DNA of 64,000 nt. Source: a virus. Location of the stretch: the IMG/VR virus record IMGVR_UViG_3300046703_000247, positions 19,234-83,233 of that record; one strand, 5' to 3'. A program made the translations under genes and the position numbers. Numbering within the stretch: position 1 is the first letter of the stretch; every line of letters starts with the position of its first letter. Shown piece after piece: positions 21,801 to 28,533 of this stretch. Under the pieces are notes generated by a model, which saw nothing but the letters and a program-made list of their open reading frames with translations, searched no databases and was not told the DNA's origin.

Positions 21801-24800
21801 GCCCACTGGGTAGGAACCGGCAAAACCTTCGAAGGCATCACCATCGGCATGGAGCTGAAGCGGCTGGGTCTCATCCAGCGGCCGATGTACGTGGTTCCGA
21901 ACGCCACCCTGGGCGGTTGGCAGTTGCAGTTCAACCAACTCTACCCGCAGAAGCGCGTCATTGTTTTCAGCGAGAAGGACCTGGAGAAGGAAAACCGGCG
22001 GGCCACTATCGCGCGCATCGCGGGCGGCGAGTGGGACGCGGTTGTCATGCCCGAGTCCAGTTTCCGGTTCATCCGCACCGGCGACGAGATCTTCAACCAG
22101 CATTTTCAGCGTCTCCAGGAAGAATTGGACACCTCCATCCAAGAGGCTGAGGGCGCCGGGATGGACACCCGGATGATTAAGCGCATGGAAAAGATGCGCG
22201 ACAAGCTGCTCACGGCCCTGCAGGATAAGCGCAACGCGGAGCGGCAGGATCAGACCATCATCTGGGAGCAGTTGGGGATCGATTGGCTGTTCGTGGACGA
22301 ATCCCACCACTACCGCAAGTTGGGGTTCTCAACCAAACAGCAGAACATCGCCGGCATCGATGTGAACGGCAACCAGATGACGTTCGACCTGCTCATGAAG
22401 ATGCGGCACGTCCAGACGACCGGGCGCGGAGTGGTCTTCGCCACGGGTACACCGATTGTCAACACCATTGGGGAAATGTACTCTCTGATGCGCTACCTGA
22501 TTGAGCCGGAAATGCAGGCGCGCGGCATCGGCCGCTTCGATGAATGGTCGGCCGACTACGCCCGGACGGTCCCCGTGTTCGAACCGAAGGTGGAGGGTGG
22601 CGGCTACCGGATGAAGGACCGCTTCGCCCGCATCGTCAACATCCCCGAGTTGGCGAACCTGTTCCGCTCCTTCGCCGATGTGGTCACCAATGACATGGTA
22701 GACCTAAAGATCCCGGGTTTGGCGGGAGGGGAACGCAAGAGCATCCTGACGGACTTGAGCGACGAGCAGACTCAATATCTGGAAGAAGATCTGCGACCCC
22801 GCGGGGCCGCTATTCGCCACAACCCCCGGGATGCCATGCCGGACAACATGCTGGCTGTCTATACCGACGCCGGCAAGATGGCATTGGACATCCGGACGGT
22901 AATGCCGCACGCCAAAGAGGACCCCGGCAGCCGGCTGAACAAAGCCGCCGAAATCATCTTCCGCGACTGGCAGGACAGCGCGAAGACGAAGGGCGTACAG
23001 GCCATATTCTGCGACTGGGGCAAGCCCAACAGCGCGCGCCCCCTTGCGGATCGCGGGCAGTTCTCGGTGTACGACGAGCTGATTCGAAAGCTGATTAAAA
23101 AAGGCATCCCGCGCGAGCAGATTGCCACTATCTATCAGGCGAAAGGGAAGGACCAGCGGGCCCGGCTCTTCCAGCAGGTGAACGAGGGGACCATCCGGAT
23201 CATCCTCGGTTCCACGAAGAAGCTCGGTGAAGGCGTAAACATTCAGGAGCGCCTATATTCCCTTCATCACCTGGACCTGCCGCACACGCCCTCGGAACTA
23301 GACCAGCGCGAAGGCCGCGCCCTGCGCCAAGGGAACACCAACCCCGACGTGCGGGTGTACTACTACATGACCCGGGGCTCACTCGACGAAATGAAGTTCG
23401 CCAACGTCCTGCGTAAGGCGAAGTTCATCCTGGCCATGATGCAGGGCAAGGCCACGGTACGCGAGGCCGACGACGTGGGCGGTATGATCCCCTCTCTTGA
23501 GATGTTCCAGGCGGCCACCTCGGGGGATCCGCGCGTGCTGAGGAAGATGGAGGTTGACGCCGAAGTAGCGCGCCTCGAGGCCATTCACTACGCCTGGCGG
23601 AATCAGCAATGGGACGAGCGGCGCCAGTTGGCGGACCTGCCTGGCAGAATCAGTCGCTTTGAAACTACCATCTCCAATTCCCGAAGTGACATCGCCCTGC
23701 GGGACGCGCACCTGCCGGGGGTGTGGTCGGTCCGCGGGCAGACCTATGAAGGCAAAACTCCGGAAGCGGCGAAGGCACTTGCCGAGTACTCCAACAGCAG
23801 GCGAAGGGAGCATGACGCGGATCTGAAAACGGAGATGGCCAAGGCTATAGCGGAAGGCGGTGAAGACGCCAAGAAGGTCCGCGCGCTACAGAATCGAGCC
23901 TTTACAGAAGCGGGGAAGCGCTTTCCTCCCGAGATCATCGCTGAATACGCCGGTTTCAAGATCCGGTTTGATCCCATTGATGGGGCAATGACCATCGTTG
24001 GCGAAGGGTCCGCATACGGGATGGAGCGGCAGGACACCGCGACAGGCACGCTCGCGAGCGCAGCCTACTTCATTCACCACCATTTTGAAAAGGCCATCAC
24101 CAGTGCCGAAGAGGACATTGCCCGCGCCAGGCGCGACGAGGAACAGTTGCAGATCTCTGTCGGAAAGTCCTGGCCCTATCAGAAGCAGTTCGACAACCTG
24201 GTTGCCGAGCAGGAGACCCTGACTCACGATTTGGGCGGCGATCACGGAGACCCCGGCGCCGCTCTGCTCGAGGATGGGGAGGAAATAGAAGACAAGCGGG
24301 TGGAAGCCGAGGAGACGGCAGAGTCTGGAGACGAGGCCCAGCCGGAGCAGCCGCACCCAACCACACCCAATCCACCTACGCCGGGCCGGCGGCCGGGAGC
24401 AGCTACGCAATCCCGCCGCTCCAGCCAGGCCGGCGCGGCCAGCCTCGATCTGCTCACCCTGGGAGCGCCCAAGTTCATCCAAGAGGATGTCGCCCCAGCC
24501 CTCGGCAGGGTCGCCCAGAACTTTGTGGCGGTCAAAAACGAGATCTTCACGATTATCGCCCCGGCCGCTCGCGGGCCCGCCGCCAAACAAACTGCCCTCT
24601 CCGTGCGCTACCGGGCGGCCGAGTTGGCCCAGAAGACGGACCGTGCCCTGGCCGCCCTCAAGGAAACCCGCCGCTACTTCGACTCGCTGCCCGAGTGGAA
24701 CCGGTTGGAGTTCATGGACCGCATCGAAAACGGCCAGCAGCAGATCTATCCACAGGAGGACGCGATTGCTGAGGTCTTTCGCGAGATGCTCGACGGCCGC

Positions 24801-27182
24801 CGGCAGGATGTGCAGGATTTGGGAACCGGAAAACTTGAGAACTGGATCGAGAACTACTTCCCACACATCTGGGAGGACCCCGAAAAGGCCACCAAGTTCG
24901 CCGCCGACTGGCTCGCAAAGCGCCCGTTCGAAGGAAAGAAAGCGTTTCTCAAGAAGCGCAAGATCCCTACTATTCAAGAGGGCATGAACGCCGGGCTCGT
25001 GCCGGTCTCAACCAACCCCGTCGACCTGGTCCTCATGAAGGTCCGGGAGATGGACAAGTACATCATGGCCCACAAGGCCCTCGGCGATCTGAAGGACATG
25101 GGCTTTCTGCCATTCGTTTCCTCTTTCGACAAACTCCCGGAGGGTCACAAGTGGATCGATGACCGGGTCGCCACGGTCTTCGGGCCACCCACCGTCACAG
25201 TGAAAGAGGCCTTCGATCAGCAGTTGAGCGACCGGCTGAACCAGTTGGCCGACGCCCTCGGCATCAAACACGAGCGCAAGGTCCAAATCGGCGGTCAGCG
25301 AAGCGGGTATGCCGAAAAAGCCAGCGGCAAAGTGGTGACGCGCTTCGCCTCCCCCGAGAGCGTGCTGATCCACGAGATCGGCCACCAGTTGGAGTGGAAG
25401 TACAACCTGCTCTCCCTGCTGAAAGACCGCGACTTCCCGGAGCGCACCAAGGAACTGCGCGCGCTGGCGGACCTCCGCTATGAGGGGGACCCCGACGTCG
25501 CCGAATCCTTCAAGAAGTACGTGCGCCGGAAGGACGAGAAGATCGCCAACGCGGTGATGGCGGTGCTGTACGCGCCGGAGAAAGTCAAAGCCGTGGCGCC
25601 CAACACCTGGGATTTTCTACGCGATGAGCTGTGGCATATCCCCGCGTTGCGGCCACTGTTTGACATCAAACCTTCCCTGGTGCTCGGAGCCCGCACAGCG
25701 GAAGTGCCGGTTGGTGGGCTGGTGATTATTGGGAGGTACGCGGCGCCTGAGCCTGCCGCGCGCGTGCTCAACAACTACCTCTCTCCGGGCCTGCGGGACA
25801 GGAGCATGCTATTCCGGTCCTACCTGGGGGCGGCCAACGTGCTGAACCAGTTCCAATTGGGTTGGAGCGCGTTCCACTTGGGGTTCACCAGCATGGATGC
25901 GGCGGTTTCGAAGTTCGGCCTGGGGATCTACCAACTGGCCCACGGTCATCCGCTCGAGGCCTTGGGTTCCATGGCGCTCACTCCCGTGGCTCCCTTCACC
26001 AACATCCTGCACGGGGACAAAATCCTGAAGGAATGGGATCATCCGGGAACCCAGAGCGCACAGATTGCTGAACTGGTCGACGCCATGGTCCAGGCCGGCG
26101 GCCGGGCCCACATGGACAAGTTCTATGAGACCCAGATCAGCAAGCGGATGACAAACACCATGCGCGGTGCCCTTCAGGCGTGGCAGGGCGGCAACTGGGT
26201 GGGCGCTGGGGCACGAATCGTGGGAGCTGGGCTGCAACTGCCCTTCGCCCTCACCGAGCAGGCTTCTCGCCCCATCATGGAATGGCTGGTTCCACGTCAG
26301 AAGATGGGCGTCTTCGCGGACATGGCGCGATTTGAACTGGATCGCCTTGGAAATAATGCAACCGAGCAGGACAAGCGGGCAGCCCTCGCCAAGGCCTGGG
26401 ATTCGGTTGACAACCGCATGGGCCAACTCGTCTACGACAACCTCTTCTGGAACAAGGTCACCAAGGACCTGGCCATGGGTTCGATCCGGTCGGTAGGTTG
26501 GAACGTCGGAACAATCCGGGAACTGGTGGGAGGCGCCGGAGATACCGTGGTTGCTCTCGGGGGCGCCCTCGGCGGGAAGAAGCCCGAGATGACCTGGCGC
26601 ATGTCCTACCTGATTGCCCTGCCGATCGTCGTCGGGATTCTGGGGGCCATCCTTTATTACCTGTTCAACGGCAAGGCACCCGAGAACCTGCGCGACGTAT
26701 ATGCCCCGCGGACCGGTCTCAAGGACAAGTCTGGGATGCCCGAGCGGCTGATGCTGCCGAGCTACATGAAGGACGTGATCCACTACACCAAGGAACCCGT
26801 CCGGACGGCCACCAATAAAATCCATCCGCTGCTCACGCTGATCGCCGACACGCTCACCAACGAAGACTTCGCGCACCGAAAGATTCGTGATCCCAAGGAC
26901 CCGCTCGAGAAGCAGCTCGTTGAATTGGCGGACCACGTTGCCACGCAATTCGTCCCAATGGCCTGGCGGGGCTGGGTGGACCCCGGCAAGCGGCGCCCGC
27001 AGGCCAACTGGACCGAGGAATATCTGCCGTTCGTCGGCATCACCCCAGCACCGAAGGCCATCAAGGAAGGCGGAAACCAGCCGGCCACCGCCGCCCCGAA
27101 CCTCCGCCGCATGTTGAGCGCCCCGGCCTCGGGCTACCGTGGCGGCTCACTCAAGCAACTCGGCCGCCCCGCCGGCTACTGA
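9822..27182 (+). CDS. Giant polyvalent ejection protein: lytic transglycosylase, 2H phosphoesterase, N6-methyltransferase plus SF2 helicase (DarB-like), HExxH motif, LPD-like C-terminus
   Basis: RES..ARGVMQLMP.TA..AYNAG (SLT); HVTL/HATL (2H); LEPAVGVGNF and NVPF (MTase); VGTGKT, FVDESH, ATGTP, QREGR..RQGN (helicase); HEIGH. Confidence 0.85.
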   Translation: MPLTDTPDSFVPDVPTPEEVEAELRAAAKAHGLDEDLALRVANRESRLTQSATSPKKARGVMQLMPETAKTLGVDPEDWQQNIQGGVKLLKSNLDYYKGDTRKALAAYNAGRGPVDKYNGVPPYKETQEYVDNILGKPVAPPPSFEPDPPSFEADQPVTIPGLLKPGNIDLTARPVHKNPDGTTSTVLSMRFGEDGKEILVPKVSEDGTWILSDEEAVDTYHKTGKHLGIFKDVPSANAYAQQLHEDYASGRIKLKTPGAADPPSFEADQPTALQVPAQIPSRAELATMGERLGVLRMTLDTQAEQMARNRAALEAEAQQFTPKTPPEQLAAFDQKVKLHNLDLAEFQNAVAGHAKDIEAYNAGTAAFNENLGRYDQAMKVPPGTQRTGLPGMPLTRMPVQVQPSGVLGLAKESLPWKIANTQAFKALGLPTTADAYDYSVEAAKKLVAKVLGEPSETTARKHPGVAATLTFGARVARLFPEVADFILTPAGTATAIATAVAPPAVVAGVGAAFSTDIALKANDAIEVARTNPTPENIGEAVKLSAMALLPFLRPAAELGRKVERGIEQHNVQAAQLVERERTQGLGKEWGQAILGEEPVRVEIAGKSHTIQALGGNPVAGSVRPRPTYQVVDDATGKAVYSGEAPAVQGYLEQQQAVRVGGLVTSVDQISAQLDTEYSKAVADRAVAQSVRDQIRQLQKFSPEQLKAEQAKGKVILDHEAELNQKGVAGLSETDLVEVQQHLQMVDDLLAGKPISDNFAEQAVKEADAHISEIQKKRAQLGAEGTKLPQAQRPAAPGPAAPAVIAKGTTVAGGKITVTEVKGGKVGFEKTMPGGQKIRGTMPIEAFRSQFLATSQPVQPQPTAQPKPRETEPTVPSPKPTFSLSEAEQAQYDQVAEFARTAGKPLTDKLLWEKLKIPRHEGAKILAVMKQQGALDQQGQPQALSPQPVVQPQPPGAKPAVSPLATPLPLNAAPVGQAYQGELAGDWSPYYRTMAEAQAAGAKNVQLGAAPEVWNGQKWAGAVSNDAKQQAQPQPPGAKPAVSPLATPLPSEPQTPALEALKRQMSDFYRRRVRVNDRTFVGGVYNPNRSEEERQSIDAQLEEIDSEARSVLSKVPQNDLPELMSADNRMRVLEGDNPLTRNDRGGPDWAAQEWLNRIVEVTPERAALSAPTSTPAPAGKQIAAPQPPAVRAPAPAETPASFEPDTLPRSLELEQKHGLSPAEAAVINHALDRLPQVRKDYSSAAEALQKEALRLAAPANVPLDKIANIKLLKRILADYLDPEQFRAAEAQNKEPWQMTREEFTAPVREDLARWNSSFDELRAKRGGTRGQTPAQALFDAKQKHEEGRKPYLERIAETEQLHERNIRRAVADGKPVPAAVLAEYPDLKPAQALDPDQVYRRAQAEMERRHLKQGLEQLIALDPDNPREDDLGVGNDLEDVTGNLQSIGFSRPEIQAVLEGRRQRLQAHREQSARAAEAIKPAMPGGVVYEAVGKAVGASRDKKDSQMFVWRTDSEKQGYEFLNALGNNLQYGHKDLPAAIRAVAEQNPDWTDLSKTALTALGREEVVSEKKPQVASPESQPKEKPTEYDFASTQVNLPPEIAQAMQEFNAQIPDEDLAVEAGAKYGGETAAKGREEQSHVTLLYGIKSENPDAVRKLLENQPPITLKLGKTSVFAGTDNGDVLKIDVESEDLERLNKLLKDNLEFTETHPGYKPHATLAYLKVGKGKEWSGKDVPGVTGKTVTLDRIAFSDKSGEQTSIQLKGEKPQTTPKPQPRETEPTVPSPKPASSLSEIPKPKAYTFANHKFMSAKDKQLTFKAWITFLRNGLQQKDFTKRLYEQLHQHMGFIAHYNINGFYEEYFLHGEDTERFIQHFDLADHRYGPDSTNGFWMNSDTAKDLNRAMVDEAAPYLPGLLEKAAAGQKAEDLAEAQRLQAKHGAPAPAPVVTHKLQGGGIVQELKSPELRFQKNDHVRWTDKDGNAKEGYVSRVEGHLVFIGTESDQKFGMFRPVMASKVELIEDEGDTPTPKRDEGVEGKQPQVASPRAPAKTEAPAKTGDIERQITEAESDLAAARKLYEGTEDGTLDQEEAIREMHQALAEVNRLQAEAAKENPLLTEQAEGRRQTMPPMPKGKESHWQQLMDDSSDLGATAGEEYVVDYGLWVERGKPAGKEPEKPNAERETSIDRGEYPKGWLRQAAAEFQTSFDKEVAKGLKEIEQETARNAAGAAADAARELEIRKAEIQDLAAKLREHASGDRTDLAERKRLVTAALDLKTGKKLNEDTDALWEQAIRPAIEAIRRAAVDKIEGKQITPDTPVWEMRPAQYLEHRREQALQIPKGSFLEREPGEWRTEFLVTLSKEELGVLLRLNGLPINGTKAMMVQRFQDARALRNQFEGKTAEQIEEEMTGAEIDRALEQLGAGKYGNKLTRAGTILGTIQSQRKKGESVLAEFNYQRAIYRAVGKGQPVPEEIQKKYGAFQTIEDVAAAIPEEGTAEPDKKIRIGDRVTWKGFDKVVRVGTVSHIRHHIENGRERNTLEIDGDDHGRYFPDDVDVTKVAAETRDEGGAGEATAGLRPQQAPAETPAEPTEYALSGDTYRFKNIIRAQLQGKWNGKEKVWIIPASQVEAARKLSKKIEVKPFGQVKTAPAQPPMDEQTASAVIQDLVKTISEAQEEVHFAQNDKDTDKGASTQANEAKLATAVKDLRSVVTEAKKYLDFPNAPESDREALRTQLYRAEQNLRGYERPGPSINQTIEAEKYVEKLTGPEQTYAAKYKDYWLGKIAEEPPYVGVHINPLRAEGIRTHLKHVLGKRVEVTGGPEATKPATETRVPKWGNLTELEAELLRGLNRPQPIGDLFDSIGQHWPDSEKIKVLHALDSHGLVKAIHGGGYERTEAGTVAIGKGPAEAYLPKGTAPAPAPKGSFKYEFQVHGEGGKWSDNALRFATEKEAQAAGDEHLTRWTMADAVRVVPSEDAPNYRWDDDQYKSVRLSGKEEGVQGEKPEVSPPEAPAPTVEEALAIIERKGSAHWEDTTIKVVPHPSVTGMVDTDGTSFSVEVTRNGERNIIEAAPLSLEDAQKKAARMLVERAKLPPLGKKQSIMEAEQPNAPGGIQQPVRSTGARPVEEQLPEGSRAPGEAGNAPQVGRVRDQAGGRGTRAGAGKRSELHPGGGSVPTRVGPATDVERSLPPRSRDVANNRHEHDFRIPDRRVISGSPETRAKANLAAIRLLREIQQDNRAATVEEQETLARYVGWGAVPQLFAGNTSEWKALQNDLRKSLSEEEYSLAQNSTKNAHYTGDEVVDAMWATLERMGATPGMNWLEPAVGVGNFFGRQPEALLAGSRRIGIDKDSLSAQIATLLYPDSGIQNQPFEEAELPKDYFDAAISNVPFADVKVHDPEFRNKIYLRSSVHNYFFAKTLGNVKPGGIVAFITSHYTMDAYGQEARAFRKWIASQADFLGAVRLPSNAFMQSSGTHVITDIVFLQKRLPNAAPAGEDWVETVNKTLSGQWGVYPVTTNAYYKRHPEHLLGEEKLKRGQFSDHDYFVEGELTPAALKKALSKIPGQFQQWQTGATAPRRIALREIRAESDKAKLGALFFDDKGDLFRKTSKGSAEPIPVSADAKQKIKGQLELRNAYAELLELERKDAPEAALDSARKRLNRMYDKYVAEHGPLSSRSNTELLKGDPDAPHVVSLERKWDPKTKTAEKSPIFKRRMLQPPKALEHTADAKDALYVSLNQTGRIDFERMEKLTGKGSTQLQSELKGIIYQDPTSREWEMADEYLSGAVRTKLRQAQAVAKLEPEFEENVKALEQVQPDDIPPAQIRVALGATWVPIDIYTEFATHILNSSTDTPVRYVANHWHVDEPYYSSARSKSQWDTGRMNAHQILEGSLNMTRLKVHDWDSDKKRDVINQPETAAAQAKQQELQTYFERWLLSTEAARTDQMVRLYNDAKNDLRLPTFDGSHLTLPEIVRDPQIVTGGDLAPHQKNAVWRGIKQRNVLLAHWVGTGKTFEGITIGMELKRLGLIQRPMYVVPNATLGGWQLQFNQLYPQKRVIVFSEKDLEKENRRATIARIAGGEWDAVVMPESSFRFIRTGDEIFNQHFQRLQEELDTSIQEAEGAGMDTRMIKRMEKMRDKLLTALQDKRNAERQDQTIIWEQLGIDWLFVDESHHYRKLGFSTKQQNIAGIDVNGNQMTFDLLMKMRHVQTTGRGVVFATGTPIVNTIGEMYSLMRYLIEPEMQARGIGRFDEWSADYARTVPVFEPKVEGGGYRMKDRFARIVNIPELANLFRSFADVVTNDMVDLKIPGLAGGERKSILTDLSDEQTQYLEEDLRPRGAAIRHNPRDAMPDNMLAVYTDAGKMALDIRTVMPHAKEDPGSRLNKAAEIIFRDWQDSAKTKGVQAIFCDWGKPNSARPLADRGQFSVYDELIRKLIKKGIPREQIATIYQAKGKDQRARLFQQVNEGTIRIILGSTKKLGEGVNIQERLYSLHHLDLPHTPSELDQREGRALRQGNTNPDVRVYYYMTRGSLDEMKFANVLRKAKFILAMMQGKATVREADDVGGMIPSLEMFQAATSGDPRVLRKMEVDAEVARLEAIHYAWRNQQWDERRQLADLPGRISRFETTISNSRSDIALRDAHLPGVWSVRGQTYEGKTPEAAKALAEYSNSRRREHDADLKTEMAKAIAEGGEDAKKVRALQNRAFTEAGKRFPPEIIAEYAGFKIRFDPIDGAMTIVGEGSAYGMERQDTATGTLASAAYFIHHHFEKAITSAEEDIARARRDEEQLQISVGKSWPYQKQFDNLVAEQETLTHDLGGDHGDPGAALLEDGEEIEDKRVEAEETAESGDEAQPEQPHPTTPNPPTPGRRPGAATQSRRSSQAGAASLDLLTLGAPKFIQEDVAPALGRVAQNFVAVKNEIFTIIAPAARGPAAKQTALSVRYRAAELAQKTDRALAALKETRRYFDSLPEWNRLEFMDRIENGQQQIYPQEDAIAEVFREMLDGRRQDVQDLGTGKLENWIENYFPHIWEDPEKATKFAADWLAKRPFEGKKAFLKKRKIPTIQEGMNAGLVPVSTNPVDLVLMKVREMDKYIMAHKALGDLKDMGFLPFVSSFDKLPEGHKWIDDRVATVFGPPTVTVKEAFDQQLSDRLNQLADALGIKHERKVQIGGQRSGYAEKASGKVVTRFASPESVLIHEIGHQLEWKYNLLSLLKDRDFPERTKELRALADLRYEGDPDVAESFKKYVRRKDEKIANAVMAVLYAPEKVKAVAPNTWDFLRDELWHIPALRPLFDIKPSLVLGARTAEVPVGGLVIIGRYAAPEPAARVLNNYLSPGLRDRSMLFRSYLGAANVLNQFQLGWSAFHLGFTSMDAAVSKFGLGIYQLAHGHPLEALGSMALTPVAPFTNILHGDKILKEWDHPGTQSAQIAELVDAMVQAGGRAHMDKFYETQISKRMTNTMRGALQAWQGGNWVGAGARIVGAGLQLPFALTEQASRPIMEWLVPRQKMGVFADMARFELDRLGNNATEQDKRAALAKAWDSVDNRMGQLVYDNLFWNKVTKDLAMGSIRSVGWNVGTIRELVGGAGDTVVALGGALGGKKPEMTWRMSYLIALPIVVGILGAILYYLFNGKAPENLRDVYAPRTGLKDKSGMPERLMLPSYMKDVIHYTKEPVRTATNKIHPLLTLIADTLTNEDFAHRKIRDPKDPLEKQLVELADHVATQFVPMAWRGWVDPGKRRPQANWTEEYLPFVGITPAPKAIKEGGNQPATAAPNLRRMLSAPASGYRGGSLKQLGRPAGY
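12415..12474 (-). repeat. Hairpin element copy 6 (in-frame in giant CDS)
   Basis: Reverse complement GGGAGAAGGAACC-GTA-GGTTCCGTCTCCC; reads PRETEPTVPSPKPTFSL. Confidence 0.9.
12675..12730 (-). repeat. Hairpin element copy 7 (in-frame in giant CDS)
   Basis: Reverse complement AAGGGAAGAGGGG..GGGGAGAAACC-GCA-GGTTTCGCCCC. Confidence 0.9.
12918..12972 (-). repeat. Hairpin element copy 8 (identical to copy 7 over 55 bp)
   Basis: Exact direct repeat 243 bp downstream of copy 7. Confidence 0.9.
14507..14563 (+). repeat. Hairpin element copy 9 (in-frame in giant CDS)
   Basis: AAGGGAAGAAGTGG..CGGAGAAGAAACC-GCA-GGTTGCGTCTCCG. Confidence 0.9.
15134..15192 (-). repeat. Hairpin element copy 10 (in-frame; close to copy 6)
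   Basis: Reverse complement GGGAGAAGGAACC-GTT-GGTTCCGTCTCCC. Confidence 0.9.
15901..15959 (+). repeat. Hairpin element copy 11 (in-frame in giant CDS)
   Basis: AAGGGATGAAGGGG.CGAGGGGAAGCAACC-GCA-GGTGGCGTCCCCTCG. Confidence 0.9.
17496..17554 (+). repeat. Hairpin element copy 12 (in-frame in giant CDS)
   Basis: AGGGATGAAGGGGG..GGGGAAGCAACC-GCAG-GGTTGCGTCCCC. Confidence 0.9.
18780..18839 (+). repeat. Hairpin element copy 13 (in-frame in giant CDS)
   Basis: GGGAAGGAAGAGGGGG..CAGGGGGAGAAACC-GGA-GGTTTCGCCTCCTG. Confidence 0.85.
19123..19386 (+). CDS. Nested out-of-frame gene inside the giant CDS (87 aa, loosely TnpV-like)
   Basis: GGAGGCGGAG upstream of the ATG; third codon positions are strongly G/C in this frame but often A/T in the giant-ORF frame. 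Confidence 0.6.
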   Translation: MPQVEYSSPFVQLVLDQWKNNFPKEAERLEKQGTLLKWAEYATKRAGAVHEQALANGASYTQAEDLSLPEWGQPPTLNDPSLPVPET

Positions 27183-27218
27183 AACATCCTGCAACCCACT
27201 GAAACGCTCTGCAACACC

Positions 27219-27635
27219 ATGCTCCCCAGCCGAAAGCTGATCGCCTTCTTATCGCTCTACGAGACCCTGGACCCCCAGAAGTTGTTGCAGGTCACCGCCG
27301 GCCTGAATCACCTGGTCACAGCCCCCTTATCGCGCCACCAGTTCGACGCCTTAGTCTCATTGACGTGCAGCATCGGGGTCTCGGACCTGCGCACTTCGAA
27401 CCTGCTTTACCAGATTAATCTGTCGAATTGGGAAGCCGCAGCAAAGGAGTGGAAGCGCTGGCACTGGTGGCAAGGGGTACCCCACCTAGCCGACGACCGG
27501 CGCGCGGCGGAACTGAAGATCTGGGAGCAAGGCTGGCCCGTCAGTAAATCGAAACGAAAGGAACGACCATGCCAAAAGACCCGACCTACCACAAGGCCGC
27601 AAGCGAAACGCGGTTGCGGATCCGCCACGCAATAA
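27219..27635 (+). CDS. GH24 lysozyme-like protein lacking most of the N-terminal catalytic lobe
   Basis: PLS..QFDALVSL...IG......S.LL..IN......AA.EW.RW.....RR.AE..W. Confidence 0.65.
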   Translation: MLPSRKLIAFLSLYETLDPQKLLQVTAGLNHLVTAPLSRHQFDALVSLTCSIGVSDLRTSNLLYQINLSNWEAAAKEWKRWHWWQGVPHLADDRRAAELKIWEQGWPVSKSKRKERPCQKTRPTTRPQAKRGCGSATQ

Positions 27636-27753
27636 AGTGCATTTTCAAGGCCGCCCCGCATTCCTGTTGGGTGGTTGTGGACATCGAGAAAAAGATCAAC
27701 CAGTTCATCCTGGGGATGGACGAGCGGCAGGACAAGCGGAAGGGTGGATTGTG

Positions 27754-27969
27754 ATGGCACTGATCGACGTTTTGGAAGCGAAGGACATCGACCAACTCGG
27801 CCAAGTGCTCCTGGGCGCGCTCGACCGCGGCAAGGAAATCGTTCAGGAACTCCGCGACGAATCCGAAATCGTAATCGAGATCCCCGGCCCCATCCGAATT
27901 CACTTCAAACGTAAGGAGAAATTTCAATGTCCCTTAAAGCCTGGCTCTTTGGACTCCTCTCCGGTGTGA
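27754..27969 (+). CDS. Hypothetical protein
   Basis: Coupled small ORF with typical codon usage. Confidence 0.35.
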   Translation: MALIDVLEAKDIDQLGQVLLGALDRGKEIVQELRDESEIVIEIPGPIRIHFKRKEKFQCPLKPGSLDSSPV

Positions 27970-28214
27970 TTGCCTCGGCCGCAAACGCTGGATCGGGGCT
28001 GCTCGGAGCGATGGTCCTGGGTCCCGAGTTGCTGCATGATCGAAACTTCTGGAAGGTGATGTGTGCGACTGCGCTATTCGCCGGCCTGAAGACCGCCCTG
28101 GCGTGGCTGAAACAGAGCCCTCTGCCGGCCGTTTTACTCACTACGGAGACGGTCACCACCGTCAAGACCACCAGCACGGACCCGGCGCCAGCCGTGCCAG
28201 ATCCCAAGCAGTAA
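27927..28214 (+). CDS. Putative holin (two TM segments)
   Basis: AAGGAG RBS, two hydrophobic segments, lysis region. Confidence 0.55.
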   Translation: MSLKAWLFGLLSGVIASAANAGSGLLGAMVLGPELLHDRNFWKVMCATALFAGLKTALAWLKQSPLPAVLLTTETVTTVKTTSTDPAPAVPDPKQ

Positions 28215-28273
28215 ACGCCCGACGCCCGCGGACTCCGCGCGGCCCAGACCGAATCTTTTGAAAGGCACTTCCT

Positions 28274-28525
28274 ATGTCCATCGCCAATTGCAACTTCACC
28301 CCTCAGAGCTGTAAAGAACTCATCAACGTGCGGATCGCACAGGAAGGCTCATTCGAGCGGCTCGATAGCCTCGAACGCTGGCAGGAAAATCAGAACGGCC
28401 ACATCAGCCGGATTGACAACAAGCTCGATAAATTCTTCTGGTTCTGGTTGAGTTTACTGGCAACCTCGGCCGGCACCCTGCTGGTCCTGATCCTCACCCA
28501 GACTGGTGTGCTTGGCCATCGTTAG
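28274..28525 (+). CDS. Coiled-coil plus C-terminal TM protein (XhlA/holin-associated type)
   Basis: ERLDSLE..QNG.I.RIDNKLDK followed by a TM segment. Confidence 0.5.
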   Translation: MSIANCNFTPQSCKELINVRIAQEGSFERLDSLERWQENQNGHISRIDNKLDKFFWFWLSLLATSAGTLLVLILTQTGVLGHR

Positions 28526-28533
28526 CCCTCCCA

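Noticed and set aside
9822-27182. Long antisense and alternative-frame ORFs over the giant gene and other genes (e.g. 23886..24977, 25809..26948, 54203..55480)
   Set aside because: Expected shadow ORFs in high-GC DNA with no RBS or motifs; only 19123..19386 shows a codon-bias switch.
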